Notes under the pieces: generated by a model
Told to the model about the DNA's origin: nothing
Databases searched by the model: none
The model's input: the letters and a program-made list of their open reading frames with translations, nothing else
Origin: the human T2T-CHM13v2.0 reference genome, Homo sapiens
Assembly: GCF_009914755.1 (NCBI RefSeq)
Contig: NC_060932.1
Direction: 5' to 3' (one strand)
DNA length: 64,000 nt
Shown: positions 41,860 through 55,390 of the stretch, piece after piece
Position numbering within the stretch: the first letter of the stretch is position 1
Layout of the letters: every line of letters begins with the position of its first letter
Translations under genes and position numbers: made by a program

Positions 41860-43325
41860 TTTTCTTCTTAATTTTTTCAGTGACCCACGGGTCATTCAAT
41901 AACATATTGTTTAATTTTCATGTGTTTGTATAGTTTCCAAATTACCTTTTATTATTGATTTCCAGTTATATTCCATTGTTGTCAGAGAAGATACTTGATA
42001 TAGTTTCAAATTTAAAAAAAAAATTTAAGACTTGTTTTGTGGCCTAATATATATCCTTGAGAATGGTCAATGTGCTAAGAGAAGACATGTGTATCCTGCA
42101 GCCATCAGATGAAATGTTCTGGAAATATCTATTAGGGCTATTTGGTCTATAGTACAGATTAAGTCTGATGTTTCTTTGTTGGTTTTCTGATTGGATGATA
42201 TGTCCAATCCTGAAAGTGGGGTGTTGAAGTCTCCAGCTATTTTGCATTGGGGTCTATCTCTCTGTCTCCTGAGTTGTAATATTTGCTTTATATATCTGAG
42301 TGCTCTAGCATTGGGTGCATATATATTTACAATTTTTTTTTGCAAACATCTATTTTTTTCTTAAAGTATAATATATTTACAATTGTTATACCCTCGTGCT
42401 GAATTGACCCCTTTATCATTATATAATGACCTTGTTTGTCTCTTTTAATAGTTTTTGTCTAGATATCTATTTTTTTCTGATATGCGTAGCTACTCCTCCT
42501 TGTTTTTAATTCTGTTTGCATGCAATATATTTTTCCATCCCTTTATTTTCAGTCTATGTGTATTTTTATACACATAGACTGTTTCTAGCAGGCAATAGAT
42601 AGTTGGGTCTTGTTTTCATCCATTCAACAAACCTGTCTTTTGATTGAAGAGTTTAGCCCATTCACATTCAATGTTATTGTTCATAATAAGGACTTACTAC
42701 TACCATTTTCTAAACTGTTTTTTAGCTGTTTTGTGGTCTTCTCTTTCTTCCTTTGTTTCTGTGAAAGTAGATTTTTCTGGTGTTATGTTTTATTTTCTTG
42801 CTTTTCATTTTTTGTGTATCTGTTGCAGGCATTTTGATTTGTGGTTACCATGAGGCTACATGTGGTTATCATAAATAATATCTTATAACCCATTGTAAGA
42901 ATCTGATAGGATTCTAAATTCCTTCTCTATGTTATCTTGAATTTGTCTGAACCTCCTCAAAACAGCTGTTTTGAATTCTCTGTCTGAAAGCTCACATATC
43001 TGTCACTCTGGGATTAGTCACTGGTTCCTTATTTAGTACATTTGGTGAGGTCATATTCTTATGTATAGTATTAATGCTTGTGGATGGTTTTTTGATGTTG
43101 GGCATTGAAGAGTTAGGTTATTTATTGTAATCTTTGCATACTGGGCTTGTTTGCACTTGTCTATCTTGAGAAAGATTTCCAAGCGTTCAAAGGGAATTGA
43201 ATATTGTGATCTAAGTATTTGGTCTCTGCAGCCATATCTGCATTAGGGAGCACCCCAAACCCAATAATGCTGTAAAGCTTGCAGACTATTAGAAGTATTG
43301 CCTTGGTGGTGTTTAATAAGATCCA
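41860..43325 (-). mobile_element. L1MA-type fragment (ORF2 endonuclease region, inter-ORF, ORF1/5' part)
   Basis: Minus-strand ORF 42067-42345 carries endonuclease motifs NIYAPN and AGDFNTPLS; collinear L1 sequence continues. Confidence 0.9.
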
Positions 43326-43558
43326 CTTACAACACATACATATAGGACTTCTTCAAAATACTGCAGCCCCTACGCCCACCAATGCATAATCACACACTCC
43401 AGATAAGCACACCACAAATTTAAAAAAATGTATAGTGTGAAAAATTGAACAATGTTGGGAAATTCAGAATATTAAAGAATAATTTATATTCCACATCAAT
43501 AAATAATAATCTAAATGTGTTTACAAATATTACAATTAAGATTAAAAATTGATGAAGA

Positions 43559-43848
43559 GGCTGGACACGGTGGCTCACACCTATAATCCCAGAACCTTGG
43601 GAGGCTGAGAAGGGCAGATCACCTGAGGTCAGGAGTTCTAGATCAGCCTGACCAGCATGGTGAAACCCTGTCTCTACTGAAAATACAAAAATTAGCCAGG
43701 CATGGTAGCGCATGCCTATAATCCCAGCTACTTGGGATGCTGAGGCAGGAGAATCACTGGTACCTGGGAGAGGGTGGTTGCTGTGAGCCGAGATTGTGCC
43801 ATTGGACTCCAGCCTGGACAAGAGAGAAACTCCATCTCAAAAAAAGAA
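43559..43848 (+). mobile_element. AluS
   Basis: gatcacctgaggtcaggagtt; TSD-like aaaa(t)tgatgaag on both sides. Confidence 0.95.
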
Positions 43849-43849
43849 A

Positions 43850-44440
43850 ATGATGAAGGAAGATAAAGAATGAGATGAGAACAGAACTGAATATGAACAG
43901 ATAGTTAGTTATATAACAAAACCAAATAGAAATCCTTGGAATAAAAAGCATAGTTCTTGCAATAACTGTACTCAACGGATGTGTTAAAGAGTAGTCTAAA
44001 TAAAGGAAGGTATTTCATTAATTGCAAAATAAGCTTGAGGATATTATCCAGAAATAATTACAAAATAATAAAGTGATAGAAAATTAAAAAGAGAATTTTT
44101 AGGTTATAAAAGCAAACAAGGTAAAGAATGGGAGAAAGACAACATTCCAGGTGCTGATGGTCAAATGATGTTATAATTAAAGAAATATATGTATTCAAAT
44201 TTTGAAGGAGCATATGTGATCCTGAATAAGAAAGTTTAAAAAAATCTATATGTAGACATTTTACAGTTATGCTGCAAAATAAAAAGTACCGACAAAATCT
44301 TAAAAGTACAAAAACATTGATTATTTAAATATTAATAAATAGATTTACAGCTGACTTCTCCTGAGCAACAACACACCACAGAAGACTATGGGAGAGTATC
44401 TCCAGTGGTCATGAATGGTAACTCTCAATATAAACAGGCT
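43850..44440 (+). mobile_element. Ancient L1 ORF1-like/HAL1 fragment
   Basis: aaccaaatagaaatcc, gctgacttctcctgagcaaca; A-rich. Confidence 0.5.
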
Positions 44441-44444
44441 TTTA

Positions 44445-44610
44445 AATATTAATTTAAGGGGTACAAATGCAGTTTTGTTACATGGATATATTGCATATGG
44501 GTGACACCTGGATATTTAGTGTAACCATCAGCAGAATAATGTGCATTGTGCCCATTAAGTAATTTGTCATCTCTAACCACCCTCTCACCCTTCTGAGTCT
44601 CCAGTGCAAA
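44445..44610 (-). mobile_element. L1PB/L1MA 3' terminal fragment
   Basis: gggtacaaatgcagttttgttacatggatatattgc. Confidence 0.75.
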
Positions 44611-44801
44611 TCTATATTTCAAGAGTCAAGATAAAATAATGACATTACTAATTATGCACACATCAAATTACACAAAAGTTATTCACAGAAAGAACTGCTG
44701 ACTCAAGTATGTAGAAAACACAACGCCTGATAGAAAGTATAGAGATTATATCAGTACTCACAATAAAATATTATTTTGAACAGAAGATATTATGAAAAAG
44801 A

Positions 44802-44837
44802 GGGAGGCAGCCATGCTCACCACTATGCCAACAACGC
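44802..44837 (-). pseudogene. tRNA-Gly(TCC)-like 5' half retrocopy (nt 1-36, ending at the anticodon)
   Basis: Reverse complement GCGTTGTTGGCATAGTGGTGAGCATGGCTGCCTCCC versus recalled tRNA-Gly-TCC GCGTTGGTGGTATAGTGGTGAGCATAGCTGCCTTCC, 32/36 identical. Confidence 0.88.
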
Positions 44838-44857
44838 TACACTTAAAAAATATATAT

Positions 44858-45369
44858 ATTCTACTACAAAGACACATGCACACGTATGTTTATTGCAGCA
44901 CTATTTATAATAGCAAAGACTTGGAACAACCCAAATGTCCATCAATAATAGACTGGATAAAGAACATGTGGTGCATATACACCATGGAATACTATGCAGC
45001 CATAAAAAAGAATGAGTTCATGTCTTTTGCAGGGACATGGAAAAAGCTGTAAGCCATCATTCTCAGCAAACTAACATAGGAACAGAAAACCAAACACTGC
45101 ATGTTCTCACTCATAAGTAGGAGTTGAACAATGACAATACATGGACACAGGAAGGGGAACATCACACACCTGGGCCTGTTGGGGGGGTGGGGGTTAAGGG
45201 AGGGAGAGCATTAGGACAAATACCTAATGCATGTGGGGCTTAAAACCTAGATGACGAATTGATAGGTGCAACAAACCACCATGGCACATGTATACCTATG
45301 TAACAAACCTGCATGTGCTGCATATATATCCCAGAACTTAAAGTAAAATTAAAAATAAAAAGAAAGAAA
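44858..45369 (+). mobile_element. L1PA7/8-type 3' end
   Basis: ttctactacaaagacacatgc...ggggcttaaaacctagatgac...cccagaacttaaagtaaaatt plus A tail. Confidence 0.93.
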
Positions 45370-45379
45370 GAAAAAGAGG

Positions 45380-45700
45380 AGAAGGAAGTGGAGCAAAATG
45401 GCCAAATAGAACAGTCCAGCAACTGTCCTCTCCAATAGGAGCACTAAATTGAAAAACTATCCACACAAGAAGCCACCTTCACAAAAATAAAAAAATAAGC
45501 TAAGTGACCCACATACCTGGATTTGACATCATATCAAGAAAAAAGGCATTAAAGGGGGCTGGAAAGACAGTCTTACATTCCTTGCATCACCCCTACCTAT
45601 TTCCTGGCAGTGATGCATGACATGGAGAGAATCTGTTTGCTCCGGGGAGAGAGAACAAAGTAATTTGGTGGCTTTGCACTGAAACGCAGTGCTGTCCAGT
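45380..45700 (+). mobile_element. 5'UTR start of an older L1 (L1PB/L1MA-type)
   Basis: ggagcaaaatggccaaatagaa (remnant of the YY1-like CAAGATGGC motif)...aactatccacacaa. Confidence 0.75.
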
Positions 45701-46312
45701 CCACCTGATTATCTTTCCTGGGAGACTACTGGGTTTCATGGTCCTAGATTTATTTTCATGTCAATGTCTTGGATTATATGCATTTTATTCCTATTTTCAT
45801 GAATAATCCAAATTTGACATTGCAAAATATTTATGTGACTATTTTTCTACCACAGATATCAACAAACATCAGGCTTCTTTGTAGGATACAGGCTCATATT
45901 TTTAAATTTCTATTTCATAAATAGAACATTACTTTGGCTGTTATTTATATTACTGAACCTCAGTTGCAGCTCTCTGCATCATACAGACTTGAGTCTTCAA
46001 CTTCTTTCTGCAAGCATTTTAAATACCTAATAAATGCCTATAATAACTTTCCCAATCATGTTATCCACTCAACTTCAAACATTTTTCAATATTATTTTTG
46101 AGTTCACTTTTTATTACTGATATTTGATAATTTATCATTCTTTTGTTTGAAGTTAGGTATCCATTTTAAGTTATTTTACTACATTGCATTCAAATGTAGA
46201 ATTCCTAAGTTTTAGATTCCGGTTTGAGGTAGACTGTCCCAGTCAGCACTGTCTTCAATATCAACATGTTCAAGTCTGGAGGCATGGAACTCTGGAGTGT
46301 TGTTCAAATCCT

Positions 46313-46360
46313 GTGTGTGTGTATGTGTGTGTATGTCTGTGTCTGTGTGTGTGCGTGTAC
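46313..46360. repeat. Imperfect (TG)n
   Basis: Direct. Confidence 0.9.
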
Positions 46361-46734
46361 ACATATGTGGTATTAGCAACAAATTAGTAAAGGAATCATT
46401 AGATGGCTGGATTTTTGAGAAAGAGGAAGAATGATTTTTCATGATTATGTTAATATTTCTATAAATGGTTTAACAACTATTATTAACTGAAATAGGAAAC
46501 ACATGAGAAAACTTATGGGGAGTTTAGATTACAAATCTCATTCGGGTATATTGATCTTGATATCCTTTGGAACATTTATTTAGGAAGACAGATTGACATA
46601 TGCTTTAATGCCTAGGAGGAGACTTGAACTGGATATTTTTTAAACTGTACCTTTTATTTTATAATTAAAACAAATTTAATATTTAAATGACCCAACGTCT
46701 ATATCTATGTATCTATCTTTTGATATCTATACAA

Positions 46735-46990
46735 AGTTATGTATTCAACATAATCAAAATAAAATTCCCATTAGGTTTTGCTTTCTGTGTAGAAATTAAA
46801 AAACTCAATTTATAATTTATAGTTAAATGCAAAGGACCCAAAAGAGTAAAATAGTAAAGATAAACTTGAAGATGCTGGAGGTCTCATACTCTTAGTTATC
46901 TAGTTAACAAAGCTGTAAGAATCAATACAGTATGTACTGACACAAGGATTGAGCAATAAAACAATGGAAAAAGTAGGATTTCAACATGTA
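46735..46990 (+). mobile_element. L1ME ORF2 fragment
   Basis: aaatgcaaaggacc, gctggaggtctcatact, atacagtatgtactg. Confidence 0.6.
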
Positions 46991-47032
46991 TTTATATGTA
47001 TTATTTATAACAAAAGTAACAAAGTGGTGTAG

Positions 47033-47058
47033 TCTCTCTCTCTCTCTCTCTCTCTCTC
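47033..47058. repeat. (CT)n
   Basis: Direct. Confidence 0.9.
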
Positions 47059-47059
47059 A

Positions 47060-49140
47060 AACTCCTGACCAGCCCAGAAGCTCATTTGTCATGACCCATA
47101 AATCTATATGTAGTACAACATTGGAACACTTCTTATTCTGTACACACTGGATGGCAAAGTGTGCCACCTGAAGTTCTGGAAGTTCTGCTGAGTGAGATGA
47201 TTATTCCTTACTAATGTCTTGTATGGCCACCCCTGAGTAAGGCTGTACTGCAATTACTATCCATTTTCAAACCAACCTTCTTTCTAGTTCCAGATATATG
47301 ACCCTTTGTATCTCACAGTCATTGTTTTGCCTCCAATCAGGGCCAAGTAGCATTAAGAACTGTTTCTCAAAAGGTGTATAATTTTCTGCTGAACATAACC
47401 TTGCTCCAAAACTCCAGAATTCTGTGTTATAATTATCCCATGGGACTTACTACAAACTGCTCCCAGCATCTTTTTTCATCATTGGTATCTCCAACATTAT
47501 AAAGCATGGTGCTTTGGCCTTAGTAACATGGCTTTGCTTGCAATCCTGCAACTGCTTTAGAACTATTTGTTGCTGGTACGATTTTGTGTCGCCTTATATA
47601 TAGGCCACAGCAATATTCCTAGTTTCCTTAGAAGACTGACTTCAGAAGCTGAAGTTTATGAGGCTTCGTGCTTTCCTTTTCATCACAGGAGGTGCAAGAT
47701 ATAATTATGTCTCTTTTATTTCAAACAAATTTCCTGCCATGCCCCTGACAATGGGAACCCTGAAACTTCTATAAATGTTTCAGGCCCTGAATACTTGCAT
47801 AAGTCTTACAATTACATTAACTATACCAGTAATATGTTGCTTATCTTTCCGGTTCAGTCTAATATCATTGATGTGATGAATCAATGTGATACTCTATGAC
47901 ATACTCAGATGATCAAGATCTCTGTGTTTTATATTGTGACACAGACAAGAGAACTAACATAGCATTGAGGAGAATCTTTCTACATATATTATTATTCTGT
48001 GTGGTTAAAAAGTATTTGTGATATTCTTTTCTGACAGAGATAAAAAGAATCTATTCACTAAACCAGTGGCAGTATAACATATCACTGCGATCATATTAAT
48101 CTGCTCTATCAAAGGTATATCTGGCACAGTAGCTAAGATAGGACCCAATATTTGGTTAAACCTGCAGAAGTTTAATTGCTTTCTTGGTTATATTTAATTT
48201 CTGCAGGATCCAGCATATTGAATTAAGTATAATTATATAGGATCTGTCACCATTGTATCTTTTAGGTCCTTAAAGGTAGTACTAAATACCACCATCCCCT
48301 TCCCAGGGTAAAATAAGTTTGTTTGTTTTTGTGTCTGCTTCATTGATTTACTATCCTGGCTGGGATGGAGAGTAGTTTCAGAGGCTTCTATTTGGCTTTT
48401 TCACTGTCATATTATTTACCCTGGAGACAAAAGAATCCAACGTGGAGTTTCTTCAACTGCCAACTATGTCGATCCAAATTATAATTTAGGAGACAGGGGA
48501 AATAATCATTGTGTGGGTCTTTTGACTCAGTGTACATACATTGGTCAGGACTACTCCATTTATTACCTTGCTTCCATATGTGCCCACTCAGTCTCTAGAG
48601 AGAAAAAGAGATTTTCAATACAACAAAAGATACCCTCTAGCTTTTACAGTTAGTTTCAATTGCCTGTTATTAATACATAAATTTTCCTCTTCAGTCTCTT
48701 TGAATAGAACAAGGTTTTACAACAGTAGTGCAATTTACGTTTTATACTAAGTAATTCTTTGTTATGGGTCCTGTCTTGTGAATTATAGAATATTCTCTAC
48801 CCCATATAATCCAGTAGCACCCCTCCCTCATCATGACAACTAAGATTGTCTTCACGCATTGCGTAATATTTCCTGGGTTTGGGGTACGGTGAGTAGTAAA
48901 TTTATCCCTATTTGTCCCTATTTGCCATTGCTGTCCTGCAGCAGCAATGGCAATTAGCCCTTGTATCTCTTTACCTTATTGTTACTCTTTTCTTCATGCA
49001 TATTTAACACATGATATATCTTGCCAGCTAGTACATTCTCTTCCATGGATGACATTCTTCAAATTAACTACTGGTGAATGTTTCAATAACTGGTTCATGA
49101 GCTGGTGCATGGGGTTGTTGTGTTCCACATACCACTGGTA
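47060..49140 (-). mobile_element. Ancient ERVL/MaLR internal (pol-like) remnant
   Basis: GC-richer degenerate sequence resembling reverse-strand ERVL RT/RNase H regions (gacccataaatctatatg, gatcaagatctctg...atattgtgacac), next to an MLT1-like LTR. Confidence 0.5.
48722..48935. mobile_element. MER20 DNA MITE
   Basis: taattctttgtt...ctgtc..., ccagtagcaccc, gacaactaagattgtcttca...cattgc. Confidence 0.7.
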
Positions 49141-50577
49141 ATGTTGTCTTCATAGCCAATCAGATAGTAGTGTTCTAGTTCTAAAACCCCATTTTATTAA
49201 ATACTTTTTTGGTTTCAAATATCACTGCATGGAATATCTGGAAGCAGACATGAAGACAAGGTGTTTATTAGGGAATCAGTGTCTTTTAGGGAAAGGAGAA
49301 GTTAAAGCATGATTGAGCAGAAGAACTGAACTGTAATGAAGGCATGACATAACCTCAGCAAATGCTGAGAAAGAGGTTTAATCTGGAGTGAGTATTGCTT
49401 ATCAGAGTGTCCTTTACTGGGACAAAGTATACAGGCCTTTATGCCCTTGACCTTCTACAGTAGATACAAGCTGCCCTGGAGAAAGGTGCAAGGTCTATAA
49501 AAAGGGCATCTCTGTTCGAAGTAAGGACACTTATTAGGGATAATGAGGGGCAATACATGATGATAAAAGAGTCAATTCTCCAAAGAGACATAACAATGTT
49601 TAATCTGTATTCACCTAACAACACAGCATCAAAATACAAAACTAACAGACCTCCAAGGAAAAATAAATGAATCCACAATTATAGCTGGACTTCAATTCCT
49701 TTCTATGAGAAATGGACAGGCCCAGAATGCAGAAAACCAGTAAAGACCTAACTTCTTGTTGTAGTTAAACTCAACATCACCATCATCCAACTGGATATTC
49801 ATAGACTACTTTATCTAATGACAACAGAGTACACATTCTTCTCAAGCTCACATAGAATGCTTGTAAAGATAGATCACATTCTAGGCCATAAAACACACTT
49901 TAACAAATTTTAAAGAATACATATCATTAAAGGTCTATTAAAATAGAAACCATTAATAGAAAGATAACTGAAAATCAATGAAATTCAAGAAATTGAAAAC
50001 AGGAAATTACTAAGAAAAATAAAATCCAATGCTGGTTTTTTTTGTGTGTGTTTTTTTTGCAAAGAGCAATAAAATTGATAAGTCTCTAGTTAGGATAACT
50101 AAGAAATCAGAGAACACAAATTAATAATTCTAGAAATGAAAGAGAAGACATCACTACAGATCCCATGGACATTAAAATGATAATAAAATAATATAAGGAA
50201 CTTAATGTGTATAAATTTGGTTATAGATTTATAAAAGTAATTATAGATTTATAGATTAAGATTAAATGGACAAATCCTTGAAAAACATGGTCTGCCAAAA
50301 GTAGCACAAGAAATACATTATCTGAATATGCATATAGTTATTAAAGAAATTAAATGAATAACCTCCCAAAACAGAAAGCACCAAGCCCAGATAAACTCAC
50401 TGATGAATTATATCAATCATTTAAGGAAAAAAATTATACCCATAATTTGGTATAGTGGTATACTCTCCATAATCTCTTTCAGAAGATAGAAGCAAAAGAA
50501 ATACTTTCTAATTTATTCTATGAGGCCAGCATCACCCTAATACCCTAGACAAAGATATTAAAAGAAAAAAAAACTAT

Positions 50578-50880
50578 ATCCTGGCAGAACGGCTCATGCC
50601 TGTAATCCCAGCACTTTGGGAAGCAAAGGTAGACAGAATACTTGAGCCCAGGAGTCCTAGACCAGCTAAGGCAACATGGCGAAACCCTGTCTCTACTAAA
50701 AAGACAACAAATTAGCCGAGCATGGTGACACTTGCCTGTAATCCCAGCTACTGGGGAAGCTGAGGTAGGAAAATCAACTGAGCCCAGGAAGTCAATACTG
50801 CAATGAGCTGTGATTGTGCCAGTGCACTTCAGCCTGGGTGACAGGAGTGAGAGATCCTGTCTCAAAAAAAAAAAAAAAAA
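50578..50880 (+). mobile_element. AluJ
   Basis: cttgagcccaggag, gagcccaggaagtcaa; poly(A). Confidence 0.92.
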
Positions 50881-52460
50881 TCAAAAGGAAAGGAAACTAC
50901 AGACCAATTTCTCTCATGATCATAGATGCAAAAATCTTTAACAAATTATCAGCAAGTTAAGTCCAAAAATGTATTAAAAAAGTTATACATCATGATAAAA
51001 TGCAATTTATCTTAGATATGCAAGGTTAAATCAACATTCAAAAATCATTTAATGTAACCCATAGAATAAACATGCTATTAAAAAAAACTGTATATGGGAA
51101 GATGCAGAAAAAGCATTTGACAAAATTTAATACCCATTCATGGTAAAAATTCTCAGTAAACCAAGAATGAGGGAAACTTCAACAAATTGATGAAGAATTT
51201 CTACAAAAAAAAACAACTATAGCTAACATTACACTTAATGATGAGAAACTATAAGCTTTCTCACTAAAGTCAGGAACGAGGAAGTATTGTCCCTTCTTAC
51301 CTATCCTTTTCAACATCATACTGGAAGCCCTAGATAATGCAATAAGAAAAGGCAAGGAAGTTGAAAGCATATTGATTAAGAAGGAAAAAATAAAACGTTG
51401 TAGATGATATGATCATCTTTGTGGGAAATCCAAAAGAATTCATTAAAACATCTCCTGGAATTAGTAAGTGATTATACTAAGGTTGCAGAATACAAAGTTA
51501 ACATATAAAAGTCAATCATTTTCTATATGTCAGAAATGAAAAAGTAGAATCCCCAAATTCTACGCTTCCCAAAATAAAATACTTAGTTATAAATCTAACA
51601 AGATCTGTATGAGAAAAACTGTAAAACTTTGTTGAAATAAATCAAAGAACTAAATACCTGGAGAGATAGTCCATGTTCGTTGATGAGAATACTCAATATT
51701 GTCAAGATGTCAGTTCTTCCCAACTTGATCTATAGATTCAATGCAATCTCAATCAAATTCTCAGTGAGTTATTTTGTAAATATTGACAAACTATTTCTAG
51801 AGTTTATATGGAGAGTAAAAAGAACCACAATGCCAACACAATATTGAAAAAGAAGAATAAACTCAGAGGAATGAAACCACCCTAAACCAAGAGTTACTGT
51901 AGAGCTACAGCATTCAAGACAGTGTAATATTGGTAAAAGAATAGACAAACATAAGCAATGGAACAGAATAAAGAGGCTAGAAATTGATACACTTAAATAT
52001 AGTCAACTGATCCTTGACAAAGGAGCAAACGCAATGCAAAAAAGTATAGTGTTTTTAACAAATGGTGCTGGAACAAATAGACATTCATATGCCAAATAAA
52101 AATCTAGACAAAGATATTACACACTTCACAAAAATGAACTCAAAATTGATAACAGATATAAAAGTAAAATGTAAAACTATAAAGTTCCTAGAGGATAACA
52201 GGAGAAAATCTAGATAACCTTGGATATGATTATGACTTTTTCCATACAGTGCAAAAGGCACAAAACATGAAAAAAATAATCAATAAGCTGTACTTCATTA
52301 AAATTAAATTTTTTGCTGTCTGAAAGACAGTCAAGAGAATTAAAAAACAGGCCACAGAGGGAAAAAATATTACAAAGCTGTATCTGTAAAGGACTATCAT
52401 CCAAAAAGCACTCTTGAAACTCAACAATAAGGAAAAAAACTGACTAGAAAATTGGCTAAA

Positions 52461-52910
52461 TCTAAAACAATCAAATTCAAAGAAGTAGAGTATAGAATGG
52501 TGGCTATTAGAGACTGGGCAAAGAAGGTGGAAGAATGAGGAGATGATGTTGAAAGGGTGCAAAGGTTCAATTAGACAAGCAGAATAGGTATATTTTAAGA
52601 TATATTGTAGAGTGTGGTGAATATAGTATATAATAATGCGTTGTATATTTTGAAATCACTGAGTAAATTTCAAATCTTCTCACCACAAAAAAATTACTGT
52701 ATTTGAGATTATTGATATGTTAATTCACTTGTTTTAATTATTCCGCATTATATGCATAAATCATAACATCTCTTTATACCCTATAAATATATACAACTAT
52801 TATTTGTCAATTTACAATTACAAATTAAAACTACAAGTAAATATATATGGAGTAAAATTGCCAATATTACCTAAGAGCTTTCTATATTAAATAAAATATC
52901 ATATGAATTA
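52461..52910 (+). mobile_element. L1MA 3' end nested in the L1MC, with about 80 bp of extra 3' sequence
   Basis: gaagtagagtatagaatggtgg...ttgtcaattt; degenerate TSD aaaattggctaaa / aaaatgggccaaa. Confidence 0.8.
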
Positions 52911-54489
52911 AAAATGGGCCAAAGACATCAACAGACACCTCACCAAAAAGATATACAGACAGCAAATAAGCTTATGAAAAGATGTCCCACATCATATGTC
53001 ATCAGAGAAATGAAAATTAAAACAACAATAAGGTATCACAGCACATCTATTAAAAGGATCAAAATTCAGAACATCTACTACACCAGATTTTGCCAAAGGT
53101 GTGGAGCAACAGGAACTCTTGTTCATTGTTGGTGGTAATGCAAAACGATACAACTACTTTGAAAGACAGTTTGTCAGTTTCTTATAAAACTAAACATGCT
53201 TTTACCATATGATGTAGCAAGCGTGCTCCTTGGTATTTAGCCAAATGAGTTGTAAACTCATGTCCACACAAAAAATCTGCACATTGATGTTTATAGCAGC
53301 TTTATTTATAATTGCCCAAACTTGGAGAGAACCAAGATGTTCTTCAGTAGCTTAATGGATAAATACACACTGGTACATCCAGGCAATTGAATATTATTCA
53401 GGGCTATAAAGAAATGAGCTATAAAGTCATGAAGAGACATGGAAATAACTTAAATGCATATTACTTAACTTAGTGCCAGAAGGCAGTGTGGATAGATTAC
53501 ATACTCTATGATTCCAACTATATGATAATGTGGAAAAGGCATTTGTTAAAACCCATAGACTATAAAACACTAAGCTAAATCCTAATGTGTACTATGGATT
53601 GGCGTAATAATGTATCTATGTAGGTTTGTCAGTTGCAACAAATGTACTACTCTGGTGCAGAATGTTCATAGGAGAGGAGGTCATAGATTGAGGGGCAGTG
53701 GGTGTGTGGGAACTTTCTGTATCTTCTGTACAATTTTCCTACGTACATGTGAAGGCAGATAAGATGTGGGATATCTCTGTACCTTCTGAGAAATTTTGTT
53801 GTAAACTTGAAGTGGCTCTAAGAAACTAAAGTCAATAATTAAAAAGAAAGGAAGAAAGTGGTCCTTTGCAACTCAGGTAGATCCTAAGGTGCTTAGAACT
53901 GGAAACCATCTGATACCACACTCCCTGCAGTGGACAACAAACTCACTGTAGAGGGGAGATGTAGGTGGCACATCTCCAAATCAACTACATATTTTTCACT
54001 CAATGGGACGCTATAATAGAATAATGAACAAACAGTTGCTACATGATACCTCATAAGCATACCATTTAGTGAAAGAAGTCACTCATCACCCCCTCAAAAA
54101 TGACTATACGTTGAATAATTCTAAATATATGCATTTCAAAAACAGGCATCAACCGTGTTGGAAGTAAACGTAGTGTTTACCTTCAAATGGCAAAAGCCTA
54201 CAGTTTATGTGTGGATATGTTCTGGTGTGCTATAAATGTTTTATTTCTGTATCTCAGCACAGATTACACAACTGGATTCCCTTAAGGAACTCTACATTTT
54301 TCTCTGTGTATATAATACTTTAAAGATGTATTTTTAAAGGCATTAAAATATGGCTGTGAAATGGATCATAGAAATAGAATAGTAATTGTCAGTTATTCCA
54401 TTTGAAAGGCATATTAAATATACTTCATTAAATATTGAATATGCTTTCTTGTTCTGAATTTTAGTGTTCTAAAATTTAGTAATGATAAC

Positions 54490-55390
<901 letters not shown>

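Larger units (their letters stand above)
49520..53835 (+). mobile_element. L1MC/L1MB-type element, ORF2 to 3' end, with nested AluJ and L1MA
   Basis: Collinear ORF2 remnants (cattcttctcaagctcaca, tatgaggccagcatcaccctaatacc, tgtagatgatatgatc) and 3'UTR (caaatgtactactctggtg, atctctgtaccttc). Confidence 0.9.
49140..53990 (-). mobile_element. MLT1-type LTR split by an L1MC insertion (halves about 49140-49520 and 53840-53990)
   Basis: ggaagcagacatgaagac...gtttattaggga; resumes gtggtcctttgcaac...actaca. Confidence 0.5.
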
